Source of the DNA: Bacteroidales bacterium
GTDB lineage: Bacteria; Bacteroidota; Bacteroidia; Bacteroidales; ML635J-15
Assembly (NCBI GenBank): GCA_017617125.1
Contig: JAFZWY010000052.1
Coordinates: 1,528 to 65,527, forward strand
DNA length: 64,000 nt
Reading direction: 5' to 3'
Part shown: positions 54,401 to 62,903 of the stretch, one piece after another
How positions within the stretch are numbered: position 1 is the stretch's first letter
How the letters are laid out: every line of letters starts with the position of its first letter
Notes under the pieces: generated by a model
Seen by the model: only the letters and a program-made list of their open reading frames with translations
What the model was told of the DNA's origin: nothing
Databases searched by the model: none
Position numbers and translations under genes: made by a program

Positions 54401-54539
54401 CTGTGTTGTCCCATTCAACAAACATGATGCTGCCCGAGTGACCCGACTGTATTACAGGAACGACATCCTGTGCATTTATGTTGGCCGATATGCAGAAAAC
54501 AGCAAATATCGATATTAATAACAAATTCCTCATAGCCAT
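51489..54539 (-). CDS. Exported WD40/beta-propeller protein fused to a C-terminal caspase-like (peptidase C14, orthocaspase) domain
   Basis: Signal peptide MAMRNLLLISIFAVFCISANINAQ. WD40-like repeats (SGHSGSIMFVEWDNTGRYIASADDNNEIIIYD; SFSKDGNTVAVASADRSVSIWRL; and others). C14 His-Cys dyad motifs YVHIAGHG and LLLMDACHSGE. Confidence 0.8.
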   Translation of the reverse strand: MAMRNLLLISIFAVFCISANINAQDVVPVIQSGHSGSIMFVEWDNTGRYIASADDNNEIIIYDIIAGKVFFRTKFPGTKLVTGIKFFDDGKLYASNTDYAICFDPQTLQTTEAPHGVPPKKMSPNFKVRSSALKKVGGATTLFNRSAYTKFTYVAESEDHKYIIAGDENGGLYFCNTNLALQSFENVHSLPINDISFSKDGNTVAVASADRSVSIWRLPSYKMEKRFVPRSFNISALASSSNNQSFAFGDELGYSYRITFTIDKLICDAVDTHDGQINDIQMSPNNNVAVTAGSDNSATVVDFENKCVLQKFKAQSGSGKVKQVFDIKAIQEQALKGNDAKNSIYDENVYSVAVSPDGKYLAYSAGKWGLTDPVLKFANISSLNILGNKDERTPKKGVGQGMAVANNTHIFKQLCFDTTNMLYGIGEEDRKIYRYKASMSGFGVGTECEMSTLTENAQLDNTLLVRQKDEPTMNDYYLIKIDPSTGDVYKCKGYEIERLGKDGKNVTYKGQYGFINDFILMKGQQFLIASAKDASLNIYDIQSGTKLLSIYVVDGGKLIYVTPEHYYMATGDAITGLGYYHNGKIYPAEQFDLRFNRPDLVLKSLDIFDNEIIAMYKSAYNKRIQKLGFTESMLNGELELPEIKIMNLNEIQLTTHQPTTYMKLSMKDANYNLNRLNVYVNDVPVYGTNGMDLSDRYSRETIVNIEIPLSSDRNVIQLSCTNEKGMESLKEEIEVYYDNPNKKKKPTLYLISLAVAEYAQSEYNLRYTINDGRGFVKLFSEHADKFDHVVVDSLYNNNCTKDNFLALKEKLLKTNVDDYVYVHIAGHGLLDDDLNWYFATQNIDFFDPSVNGLKYEEIESVLDGIPARNKLLLMDACHSGEVDKEDGVEIADKAEGDDTRGAVTVNKRKKTKNSLGNSFELMRLLFSDLKKGTGTVVISAASGGGYALENESIENGIFTYCLMDAFKKNKADKNKDKSVSVSELRSFIFDGVKKMSEGKQQPTSRQENLQNDFSVK

Positions 54540-55312
54540 TACTTTTTATATTGTTGTAAAATCTTTGCTTCTGTTATTTTGTTGGTTCTGATAAGATAGG
54601 TGACTCCAGCGCCTAATTCAAGTTTTACCGATTTGGTGCTGACGACGCTCTGAACGTCGGGAACTATTGCGAACAACGATATCATGAACGAATTCTGGAT
54701 ATAGAAGTCGAATCCCAAACGCGGGTCGATGTGGAATTTCAAATCGCGCAGACGCTGAGCTGCCACGTTGTCGCCGAAGTCGATGTAGTCTTCCTCGCCG
54801 GCTATACTCAGTTTGTTGTATGCGACAAGTGTTGCATTTTCTTTGTCACATATTTCCAAGGTCTTGTATGCGATGTACTTGAAGTTTGCACCTACTGTAA
54901 ACGACATGTGGATAGGTCCGAGGTAGAAATGCGGTCTGTACAGCACCTGTACGAGCGGTGTGTACGAGATTAATTTCAGCCCTATGCCTTCTTTAACCGT
55001 ACCGTCGCTACCGACAATGTCCTTGTTCGGGTCCATGTTAAGCATGCACGACCTGTATTCGAGACCTGGGGCTATTGTAACGCGGTTGCGCTTTATTCCC
55101 ATGTCGAACGGGAAATATACCGTACCGCCGAAAACGTCGGAAACTCCCGACATTGAACACTGGTATGTGTTCCCCGAATAGTTGAATTTCATAATGTCCG
55201 GCGATGTGTATGACCTTCCGAGGAATACTTCTACACCGAAGCCGTTCACCATCTTTTGTGAAAATACTGTAAGTGGCAACAGTACAATTAAAATTCCTAT
55301 AAATTTTCTCAT
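54539..55312 (-). CDS. Hypothetical exported protein, probable small outer-membrane beta-barrel (257 aa)
   Basis: Signal peptide MRKFIGILIVLLPLTVFSQ. Alternating hydrophobic beta-strand pattern throughout. Its stop overlaps the caspase gene ATG (TAATG). Confidence 0.5.
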   Translation of the reverse strand: MRKFIGILIVLLPLTVFSQKMVNGFGVEVFLGRSYTSPDIMKFNYSGNTYQCSMSGVSDVFGGTVYFPFDMGIKRNRVTIAPGLEYRSCMLNMDPNKDIVGSDGTVKEGIGLKLISYTPLVQVLYRPHFYLGPIHMSFTVGANFKYIAYKTLEICDKENATLVAYNKLSIAGEEDYIDFGDNVAAQRLRDLKFHIDPRLGFDFYIQNSFMISLFAIVPDVQSVVSTKSVKLELGAGVTYLIRTNKITEAKILQQYKK

Positions 55313-55364
55313 ATAAATCAGAGTTATGAAATAATATGCAAAGTTAAAATATTTTTTTTGTATC

Positions 55365-58300
55365 CTATTGTTTTATAATTACTTTTTTTATGATGTTGGG
55401 ATACGAAGCAATAAATGCACTGAACTCTTCCTTGTTTGCGTCGACTGTATTTTTCCTCGATACGAGTTTTATGCCTTTGTTGTCGAAATCGGAAAAGAGT
55501 GTGAGGTATAGTTCCGTCTTGCCGCTGCAACGGTTTATCACATCGTAGAAGTCGGTTCTGAATTTGCTGTCGATATCGTTGATGTTCAGGAACATGTTTA
55601 CAGATTTTATGTCGATGTCCTGCAGCATTCTTATGCCGGAGTATACAGCCGACAGGTTCACTTCTTTGTCGTCGGTTTTCTTGTCGTTCTTAAAGGCAAA
55701 CCTTTCCTTTATTTCAACGTCCATTATTATCGAGTAGCCTTCGTTGAGGACGGCCTTGTAGGCTGTGTAGTCTTTCCCGAACAGTGCGAATTTCAGCTCG
55801 CCGTAGTAGTCAATTATCGTGTATTCGCCAAAAAGGTTCCCGTTCTTGGATGTCCTTTCGGCAGCCTTGGTGACATAGCCGACGATAGTGAATTTTGTCT
55901 TTGCTTTCTTTTCTTCAATTATCTTTGACGCTATGTCGAGGTGCAGGATGTTCGAGTTGTTGATGAAAAACTTGAACTTGTCGAGCGGATGCGACGAAAG
56001 GTAGATGCCGAGCACCGAATATTCGTTCTTTAGCAATGTCGGCATGTATATCATCTTGTCCATTCGTGGTGGCAGTTTTGGAAACGCTATTGAGAACGAC
56101 GACGATGCGGCGCCGAACAGCGACATAGTATTGTCGTTTTTCTGTTGCTGTACCGAACGACCGAACTTTATCAGCATGTCGAGCGGGGTTTCGCCTTTTT
56201 CTCCGAAATCCGACACAATCTGGTCGCGGGAGGTCGCATTGGGATTGGTTGGCGAATCGAAGCTGTCGAATGTTCCGCCGAAAGTCAGAGCTTCGATGGT
56301 CTTCTTGTTCACCGCCTGCAGGTTTACACGCGATACGAAGTCGAAAATGTCCTTGTATGGTCCGTTTGCTTCGCGTTCTGATATTATTGCCATTACGGCG
56401 CCTTCGCCAACGCCTTTTACGCCTCCGAGTCCAAAGCGTATGTCACCGCTCTTAGTAACCGTAAAGTTTAGGTCACTTTCGTTGATATCTGGTGACAATA
56501 CGTTGATTTTCATGCTCTTGCACTCGCTCATCAGCTTTGTAACTTCGGTAATATCGTCCTTGTTGAGCGTAAGGTTGGCTGCCATGAATTCGGCAGGGTA
56601 GTGGGCCTTCAGGTATGCAGTCTGGTACGAAACCCATGCGTAGCATGCGGCATGCGACTTGTTGAATGCATACGAAGCAAAGCTCTCCCAGTCGCTCCAT
56701 ATCTTTTCAAGTATCTTCGGGTCGTGTCCATTGCGCTTGCCGCCTTCGATAAACTGAGGTTTCATCTTGTCGACGATATCCTTTTTCTTCTTACCCATTG
56801 CCTTACGCAATGCATCGCTTTCGCCTCGAGTGAAGTCGGCCAGCAGTCGCGACAGAAGCATCACCTGTTCCTGGTATACGGTGATTCCGTAGGTGTCCTT
56901 CAGGTATTTTTCCATTACTGGAATGTCGTATGTTATTGGCTCCTTGCCGTGCTTGCGGTTGATAAACTGCGGAATGTATGCCATAGGCCCCGGACGGTAT
57001 AGGGCATTCATTGCTATTAGGTCTTCGAATACCGAAGGTTGAAGCTCGCGTAGGTATTTCTGCATTCCTGCCGATTCAAACTGGAATATTGCAACCGTCT
57101 TGCCTGCGCAGTATATCTTGTATGTGTCGGGGTCGTCAATCGGGATGCTGTTGATGTCGAGGTCTATTCCTCTTGTCTTCTTGATGTTGGAAACGGCTTC
57201 CTTCATTATCGACAATGTGATTAGTCCGAGGAAGTCCATTTTTATAAGTCCCACGCTTTCGATGACATGCCCGTCGTACTGGGTTACAGGCAGTCGTCGT
57301 TCCGATACCTTGTCCTCGATGGTGCTTATGGGGGCGAACTTTGTAAGGTCGTCGGCACCGATAATGAATCCGCATGCGTGTATTCCGACCTGACGGATAG
57401 TACCTTCGAGTTCTTCGGCATATTCGATCATTGTAGCTGTATTGCGGTCATCGCCTTCGACAATCTGTTTTATTTCAGGGACATACTTTATGCAGTTCTT
57501 GAGGTTTACTTTTGGTGGTTTGCCTTTTTCATCCTTGATGTTGTCGGGGAAGTTGCGGTCGGGAATAAGCTTCTTTATTTCGTTGACACGTTCCAGTGGA
57601 ACTCCCTGCACGCGGCCTACATCGGCAATTGCCGACTTGGTAGCCATTGTTCCGTATGTTATAATGTGGGCAACCTTTTCTTCTCCGTATTTTTGTGTTA
57701 CCCAGTCGAGAACCTTGCCACGTCCAGCATCGTCGAAGTCGACGTCGATATCGGGCAGTGATATACGGTCGGGGTTGAGGAAACGCTCGAACAGCAGGTC
57801 GTATTTAAGCGGGTCGAGGTCGGTAATGTGCAGACAGTATGCAACAACCGAACCGGCGGCCGAACCACGGCCTGGACCTACCCATACGCCTAGTTCTTCG
57901 CGTGCTCCGCGTATATAGTCTTGTACTATAAGGAAGTAGCCAGGGAAACCCATGGTCTTCATTATGTGCAGTTCGAACTTTATTCTCTCAATCTGTTCCG
58001 GGGTTAGATTTTCGCCATAGCGCTTGTGTGCCCCTTCCCATGCTAGTTTTGCAAGGTAGTCGGCTTCGAGCTTTATGCGGTACAGCTTGTCGTAGCCGCC
58101 GATTTTCTTGATTTTTTTCTCGGCATCTTCCTGCGACATCACAACGTTTCCGTTTTCGTCGCGGGTGAATTCGTTGAAAAGGTCTTCGTGTGTGAATTTC
58201 TGGCGGTATTCCTCTTCGGTGCCGAAGTCTTCGGGAATCGGGAATGCCGGCATGATTGGTCCCGAGTCGATGTCGTACATTTCGACCTTATTGGCAATTT

Positions 58301-59279
58301 CCATTGTATTTTCCAATGCTTCGGGCAGGTCGGAGAAGATAGCTTCCATTTCTTCGGGCGACTTCAGCCATTCCTGCTTGGTGTATGCCATGCCTCGGTT
58401 TGGGTCGTTGAGTTCTGTCTGCGTGCTGAGGCAGATGAGCCTCTCGTGGGCTTCGCCATGTTCTTCCTCGACAAAATGCACATCGTTGGTGGCGATAATC
58501 TTGATATCGTGCTTGCGTGCAAGTTCAATCAGAACCTTGTTTACAGCAACCTGTTTTTCGTATGTGTCGCGTGCGCCACCGGGCTTGTCGGTCTTGTGGC
58601 GTTGCAATTCGATGTAGAAGTCGTCGCCAAATACGCGCTTGAACCAAAGTACGGTTTCTTCGGCTTTGTCGAGTTTGTTCGCCAATATGTGCTGCGGTAT
58701 TTCGCCACCGAGACAAGCGGAACTTGCAATTATGCCCTCGTGGTACATCTCGAGGACTTCCTTGTCGATACGGGGTGTGCTGTAGTAACCTTGGGTGAAA
58801 CCTATCGACGATAATTTGCAAAGGTTCTGGTATCCCTTTTTGTTTTTTGCAAGCAATATAAGGTGGTATCCGCTGCTGTCTACGATTTTCATCTTGCCAG
58901 TTTCGGCCGATGCTTCGCGGTAGTCCTTGTCCTTGTCGTGCAAGGTTCGGCGGGCGCAATAAGCCTCGATGCCGATAATTGGCTTGAAAATCTGCATTTT
59001 CAGTTCCTCAATCTTTTTTGCAGCATCTGCTTTTTCTTCTTCGGTGGCATCTTCTTTTGCAAGAATCTTTTCCAGGTCTTTGATTTTTCCATTGGTCTTT
59101 CCGTTTACCCCATTTACAGTATCCATAAAGTCCTTGATACCGTACATGTTGCCATGGTCGGTTAGGGCAAGTGCGTACATGCCTGTTTTCATGGCTTTGT
59201 TAACCAAGTCGGGAACCTTCGACATTCCGTCGAGTACAGAGTAGTGTGAGTGAACGTGTAAGTGCGTGAAATTAACCAT
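55365..59279 (-). CDS. dnaE: DNA polymerase III alpha subunit
   Basis: PHP domain start FTHLHVHSHYSVLDGM, polymerase core GPGRGSAAGS / DIDVDF, OB-fold region. 1304 aa. Confidence 0.95.
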   Translation of the reverse strand: MVNFTHLHVHSHYSVLDGMSKVPDLVNKAMKTGMYALALTDHGNMYGIKDFMDTVNGVNGKTNGKIKDLEKILAKEDATEEEKADAAKKIEELKMQIFKPIIGIEAYCARRTLHDKDKDYREASAETGKMKIVDSSGYHLILLAKNKKGYQNLCKLSSIGFTQGYYSTPRIDKEVLEMYHEGIIASSACLGGEIPQHILANKLDKAEETVLWFKRVFGDDFYIELQRHKTDKPGGARDTYEKQVAVNKVLIELARKHDIKIIATNDVHFVEEEHGEAHERLICLSTQTELNDPNRGMAYTKQEWLKSPEEMEAIFSDLPEALENTMEIANKVEMYDIDSGPIMPAFPIPEDFGTEEEYRQKFTHEDLFNEFTRDENGNVVMSQEDAEKKIKKIGGYDKLYRIKLEADYLAKLAWEGAHKRYGENLTPEQIERIKFELHIMKTMGFPGYFLIVQDYIRGAREELGVWVGPGRGSAAGSVVAYCLHITDLDPLKYDLLFERFLNPDRISLPDIDVDFDDAGRGKVLDWVTQKYGEEKVAHIITYGTMATKSAIADVGRVQGVPLERVNEIKKLIPDRNFPDNIKDEKGKPPKVNLKNCIKYVPEIKQIVEGDDRNTATMIEYAEELEGTIRQVGIHACGFIIGADDLTKFAPISTIEDKVSERRLPVTQYDGHVIESVGLIKMDFLGLITLSIMKEAVSNIKKTRGIDLDINSIPIDDPDTYKIYCAGKTVAIFQFESAGMQKYLRELQPSVFEDLIAMNALYRPGPMAYIPQFINRKHGKEPITYDIPVMEKYLKDTYGITVYQEQVMLLSRLLADFTRGESDALRKAMGKKKKDIVDKMKPQFIEGGKRNGHDPKILEKIWSDWESFASYAFNKSHAACYAWVSYQTAYLKAHYPAEFMAANLTLNKDDITEVTKLMSECKSMKINVLSPDINESDLNFTVTKSGDIRFGLGGVKGVGEGAVMAIISEREANGPYKDIFDFVSRVNLQAVNKKTIEALTFGGTFDSFDSPTNPNATSRDQIVSDFGEKGETPLDMLIKFGRSVQQQKNDNTMSLFGAASSSFSIAFPKLPPRMDKMIYMPTLLKNEYSVLGIYLSSHPLDKFKFFINNSNILHLDIASKIIEEKKAKTKFTIVGYVTKAAERTSKNGNLFGEYTIIDYYGELKFALFGKDYTAYKAVLNEGYSIIMDVEIKERFAFKNDKKTDDKEVNLSAVYSGIRMLQDIDIKSVNMFLNINDIDSKFRTDFYDVINRCSGKTELYLTLFSDFDNKGIKLVSRKNTVDANKEEFSAFIASYPNIIKKVIIKQ

Positions 59280-59437
59280 CTTGCAAATCTTTAAATACCA
59301 GCTACGAAGTTAGTACGTTTGGCCTTTATCGGATGTATTTTTGACCCACTTTTTTTCAGAAAGTAATTAACAGATAGGTGTGATTTGTGAGTTGTTTGTG
59401 GTACAACGTTTTCGATTTTTTATCTATGGTATAAAAT

Positions 59438-59461
59438 AAAAAATGCCAGATTTCTCTGGCA
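59438..59461 (-). terminator. Rho-independent terminator after the prolyl oligopeptidase gene
   Basis: Stem TGCCAGA / TCTGGCA with loop TTTC. The plus strand has an A-run upstream, which is a T-run on the minus strand. Confidence 0.7.
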
Positions 59462-59487
59462 TTTTCTTTTTGTGTTATGGTATTGGC

Positions 59488-61623
59488 TTAGTACTTTGGT
59501 TCGATTCCCATGTTGTAGAAAATGAACGAGTAGATGTCAACAACCTCGTTGATTGCCTTGTCGAGAGGCTTGCCGCTTCCGTGGCCAGCATTGCTTTCGA
59601 TGCGGATAAGGTGCGGCTTGCTGCCGATTTCGCTGTTCTGCAGGGTGGCTGCATACTTGAACGAGTGTGCCGGTACAACTCTGTCGTCGTGGTCGGCGGT
59701 GGTGACGAGGATTGCTGGGTATTCTACGCCATTCTTAACCGAATGCAACGGCGAATATTTATATATGTATTCGAACATTTCCTTGCTGTCCTCGCTTGTG
59801 CCGTAGTCAACAGCCCAGTATCTGCCGATAGTGAACTTGTGGTAGCGGAGCATATCCATTACGCCAACCTGTGGAATTGCAACTGCAAACAGGTCTGGAC
59901 GCTGGTTTACAACAGCTCCAACAAGCAAACCACCGTTAGAACCGCCCTGGATAGCAAGTTTTTCCTTGCAGGTGTATTTCTCGCTGATGAGGAACTCGGC
60001 AGCAGCAATGAAGTCGTCGAAGACATTCTGCTTCTGCATCTTGGTTCCTGCTTCGTGCCAGGTCTTGCCGTATTCGCCACCGCCACGGATGTTTGCAACT
60101 GCATAAACTCCGCCTTGTTCGAGCCAAGCAATGCGAGTAGCGCTGAAGCTCGGTGTGAGCGAAATGTTGAATCCTCCGTATCCGTATAGCAGGGTGGGGT
60201 TGTTGCCGTCAAGAGCGATGTCCTTCTTGTGTGTGAGGAAAATCGGAACTTTCGTGCCGTCCTTCGAGGTGTAGAACTTCTGCTCGGTGACATATTCGTC
60301 GGCGTTGAATTTGATTTCGGAGTTCTTGTAAAGTTCCGACTTGTTGTTGGTAATGTCGTACTTATAGATTGCGGCAGGAGTTGTGTAGGATGTCACGGTG
60401 TAGAAAGTTTCGGTATCTTCGGTGTCGCCACTGAATCCGCCGATAGTTCCAATCATATCGTTGTCGAGGTTGCTGATGAAGTGGCCTTCCTCGTCAAAAA
60501 TGCGGATTACCGAGTGAGCATCCTTGGTATAGTTTGCAATCAGCTTCTTGCCGATGTGGCTAACGCCAGTAAGTACGCCTGCGTCAGACTTTGGAATAAG
60601 GTCGAGCCATTTTGCTGGAGTCGGGTTGTCGAGGAAAATCTTGATAACCTTGTATTCTGGAGCAAAATAGTTTGTCATAACGATGAAGTTGCCGTCGATT
60701 TCGTCGATTACTGCATAGTCGTTGTCGAAATTGTCAACGAGCTTTACAAATTCTGAATTTGCCTTGTTCAAGTCTTTGTAGAACAAACAGTTGCCAGAAG
60801 TTGATTCGCTACCATATATAATAAGGTATCGTTTGTTGATTACATCGGCGTTGAAACTGATGTCAGGATTAGTCTTGTCTTCGTAAGCAAGCTGGTCTTC
60901 CTTCTGCTCGGTGCCAACCTTGTGGTAGTATAGCTGACCGTTTTCGTTTACACCCGAAAGTTCGTTCTTCGGTTCAGGGAAACGGCTATAGAAGAATCCG
61001 TCGTCTTTCCAAGCTATGCTGGTGAATTTCACCCACATAAGGTGGTCGTTGAGAGTTTCGCCGGTTTCGATGTTCTTGACGAAAATTTCTTCCCAGTCGC
61101 TGCCGTTGCGCGAGATGGCGTAACCGAGGTAGTTGCCGTCATCGGAAATGCCGAGATTCGAGAGTGCTACAGTGCCGTCATCCGACAGTTTGTTGGGGTC
61201 GAGGAGTTCTACAGCTTCACCATCAAGAGAGTTTTTGTAGTACAGAACGCTCTGGTTCTGAAGTCCGTCGTTGCGGTAGAAGAAATAGTGGTCGCCTTTT
61301 TTCGATGGCGCGCTTTCCTTAGGGTAGTTCATAATGTCCTTCAGGCGGTTCTTCATGTTTTCGCGATACGGAATCTTCGACAAGTAGTTGTTTGTGACTT
61401 CGTTCTGCGCTTTTACCCAGTTGGCGGTTTCTTCTGAGAAATCGTCTTCGAGCCATCTGTACGGGTCGGATACTGCCGTTCCGAAATAGTTGTCGATGGT
61501 GTCGCACTTCTTTGTTTCGGGGTACTTTAGCGGTTCGTCCCCGTTTGTTTTTGTCTCATTGTTGCACGATGATAACATAATCAAAACATTTAAGGTCAAA
61601 ATGCCGATACAATATTTCTTCAT
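59488..61623 (-). CDS. Prolyl oligopeptidase (S9A family serine endopeptidase), exported
   Basis: N-terminal lipoprotein-like signal (LIMLSSCN). YPETKK...DPYRWLED start of the S9A propeller region. Catalytic GGSNGGLL. 711 aa. Confidence 0.9.
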   Translation of the reverse strand: MKKYCIGILTLNVLIMLSSCNNETKTNGDEPLKYPETKKCDTIDNYFGTAVSDPYRWLEDDFSEETANWVKAQNEVTNNYLSKIPYRENMKNRLKDIMNYPKESAPSKKGDHYFFYRNDGLQNQSVLYYKNSLDGEAVELLDPNKLSDDGTVALSNLGISDDGNYLGYAISRNGSDWEEIFVKNIETGETLNDHLMWVKFTSIAWKDDGFFYSRFPEPKNELSGVNENGQLYYHKVGTEQKEDQLAYEDKTNPDISFNADVINKRYLIIYGSESTSGNCLFYKDLNKANSEFVKLVDNFDNDYAVIDEIDGNFIVMTNYFAPEYKVIKIFLDNPTPAKWLDLIPKSDAGVLTGVSHIGKKLIANYTKDAHSVIRIFDEEGHFISNLDNDMIGTIGGFSGDTEDTETFYTVTSYTTPAAIYKYDITNNKSELYKNSEIKFNADEYVTEQKFYTSKDGTKVPIFLTHKKDIALDGNNPTLLYGYGGFNISLTPSFSATRIAWLEQGGVYAVANIRGGGEYGKTWHEAGTKMQKQNVFDDFIAAAEFLISEKYTCKEKLAIQGGSNGGLLVGAVVNQRPDLFAVAIPQVGVMDMLRYHKFTIGRYWAVDYGTSEDSKEMFEYIYKYSPLHSVKNGVEYPAILVTTADHDDRVVPAHSFKYAATLQNSEIGSKPHLIRIESNAGHGSGKPLDKAINEVVDIYSFIFYNMGIEPKY

Positions 61624-61758
61624 TTGTGTACGAATTTTAAATTTTCCGCAAAATTACTTAATGCTATAATTGTATAGGTTGCTAATTCCTAAAAGAATGG
61701 TTAAAATTTAAGTAGTGAAAAATTATCCATAAAAATCTTGCATAATAAAAATTAATTG

Positions 61759-61766
61759 TATTTTTG
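61759..61766 (+). promoter_or_regulatory. -7 box (TAttTTTG)
   Basis: 52 nt upstream of the ATG at 61819. Confidence 0.35.
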
Positions 61767-61818
61767 TTGTCGATTTGGTGGTAATGTTACCACCGAAAAT
61801 GGTGGTAGATGTATAACT

Positions 61819-62889
61819 ATGGAAGATAAGAAATTGCAAGAGGCATTTGAAAAATGGCAAAAAATACAGTCATTGTCAGAAAACGACTTGAATAGATTGA
61901 GACGGAGGTTTACTATTGATTTCAATTACAACTCGAATCATATTGAAGGCAATACGCTCACTTACGGACAGACCGAAATCCTTTTGCTTTTTGGCAAAGT
62001 CATTGGCGAAGCCGATGTGAAGGATGTTCAGGATATGACAGCGAGCAATGTTACGCTCAAGATGATGGAAGAAGAGTCGACTATTAAGAATGTGCCACTT
62101 ACGCAGAACTTTATTCGTACATTGCATCGTACTTTGCTTCGCGAAGACTATACGGTTTATCGTAATCTTCCAGGAGGCGAGCAAACTAGTTATACCATAC
62201 ACGCAGGACAATACAAAACGCGACCCAATAGTGTAATTACCCGTTATGGCGATAGGTTTGAATATGCTTCGCCTGAGGAAACTCCAGCTTTGATGTCCGA
62301 TCTTGTCGATTGGTACAACAACGCAGAGATGGAAGGAAAATTGTCGCCAGTAGAATTGGCGATTTTGTTTCACTATCGCTACATACGTATTCACCCGTTT
62401 GAAGATGGCAACGGTCGTATCGCTCGATTGTTGTTCAATTATATTTTGGCTCGTCACGGTTATCCGATGGTAGTTGTGCGTAGTAGGTTGAAGCAAGATT
62501 ATTTGGAAGCATTGCATCAGGCGGATTTGATTGTAGGCAAAGCGCCGTATGATGGTGCGCACGCATCGTTAAAATCCATCCGTCCATTTTATAAGTATAT
62601 GGTAAATCTGATTGTGCGAGAATTTGAAAATGATGTGTTGTTTGTTACCGAGAAGAATGAAAATATTTGGTGGTACGATGGCGAGCGCATAGTATTTCGT
62701 ACACCTAGTTATGCAAAAATACTTCGTGAGTTGCAAATTGAACCGCAAGCTACATTCGCATATTTGCAAGAAGAAATAGGAATAAATCGTTCTGCAATCC
62801 AGAAAATGTTACAATCATTGCAAAACAAGGGATATATCGAGAAGGATGGCAAGGGTTCGTGGCGAGTGTTCATTACCCCGTCTGTGTGA
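61819..62889 (+). CDS. Fic-family protein (AMPylase-type) with C-terminal winged-helix domain
   Basis: Fic motif HPFEDGNGRIARLL. The C-terminal LQEEIGINRSAIQKMLQSLQNKGYIEKDGKGSWRV looks like a wHTH. ATG at 61819; the track start at 61756 is TTG. Confidence 0.85.
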   Translation: MEDKKLQEAFEKWQKIQSLSENDLNRLRRRFTIDFNYNSNHIEGNTLTYGQTEILLLFGKVIGEADVKDVQDMTASNVTLKMMEEESTIKNVPLTQNFIRTLHRTLLREDYTVYRNLPGGEQTSYTIHAGQYKTRPNSVITRYGDRFEYASPEETPALMSDLVDWYNNAEMEGKLSPVELAILFHYRYIRIHPFEDGNGRIARLLFNYILARHGYPMVVVRSRLKQDYLEALHQADLIVGKAPYDGAHASLKSIRPFYKYMVNLIVREFENDVLFVTEKNENIWWYDGERIVFRTPSYAKILRELQIEPQATFAYLQEEIGINRSAIQKMLQSLQNKGYIEKDGKGSWRVFITPSV

Positions 62890-62903
62890 ACGAATAGTGC
62901 TTT

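Noticed and set aside
54539-55312. The 257-aa exported barrel-like protein as the missing PorP/SprF partner of the type-B CTD giant
   Set aside because: It is 13 kb away on the opposite strand, its stop overlaps the caspase gene start, it is shorter than typical PorP/SprF proteins, and it lacks the N-terminal motifs I associate with that family.
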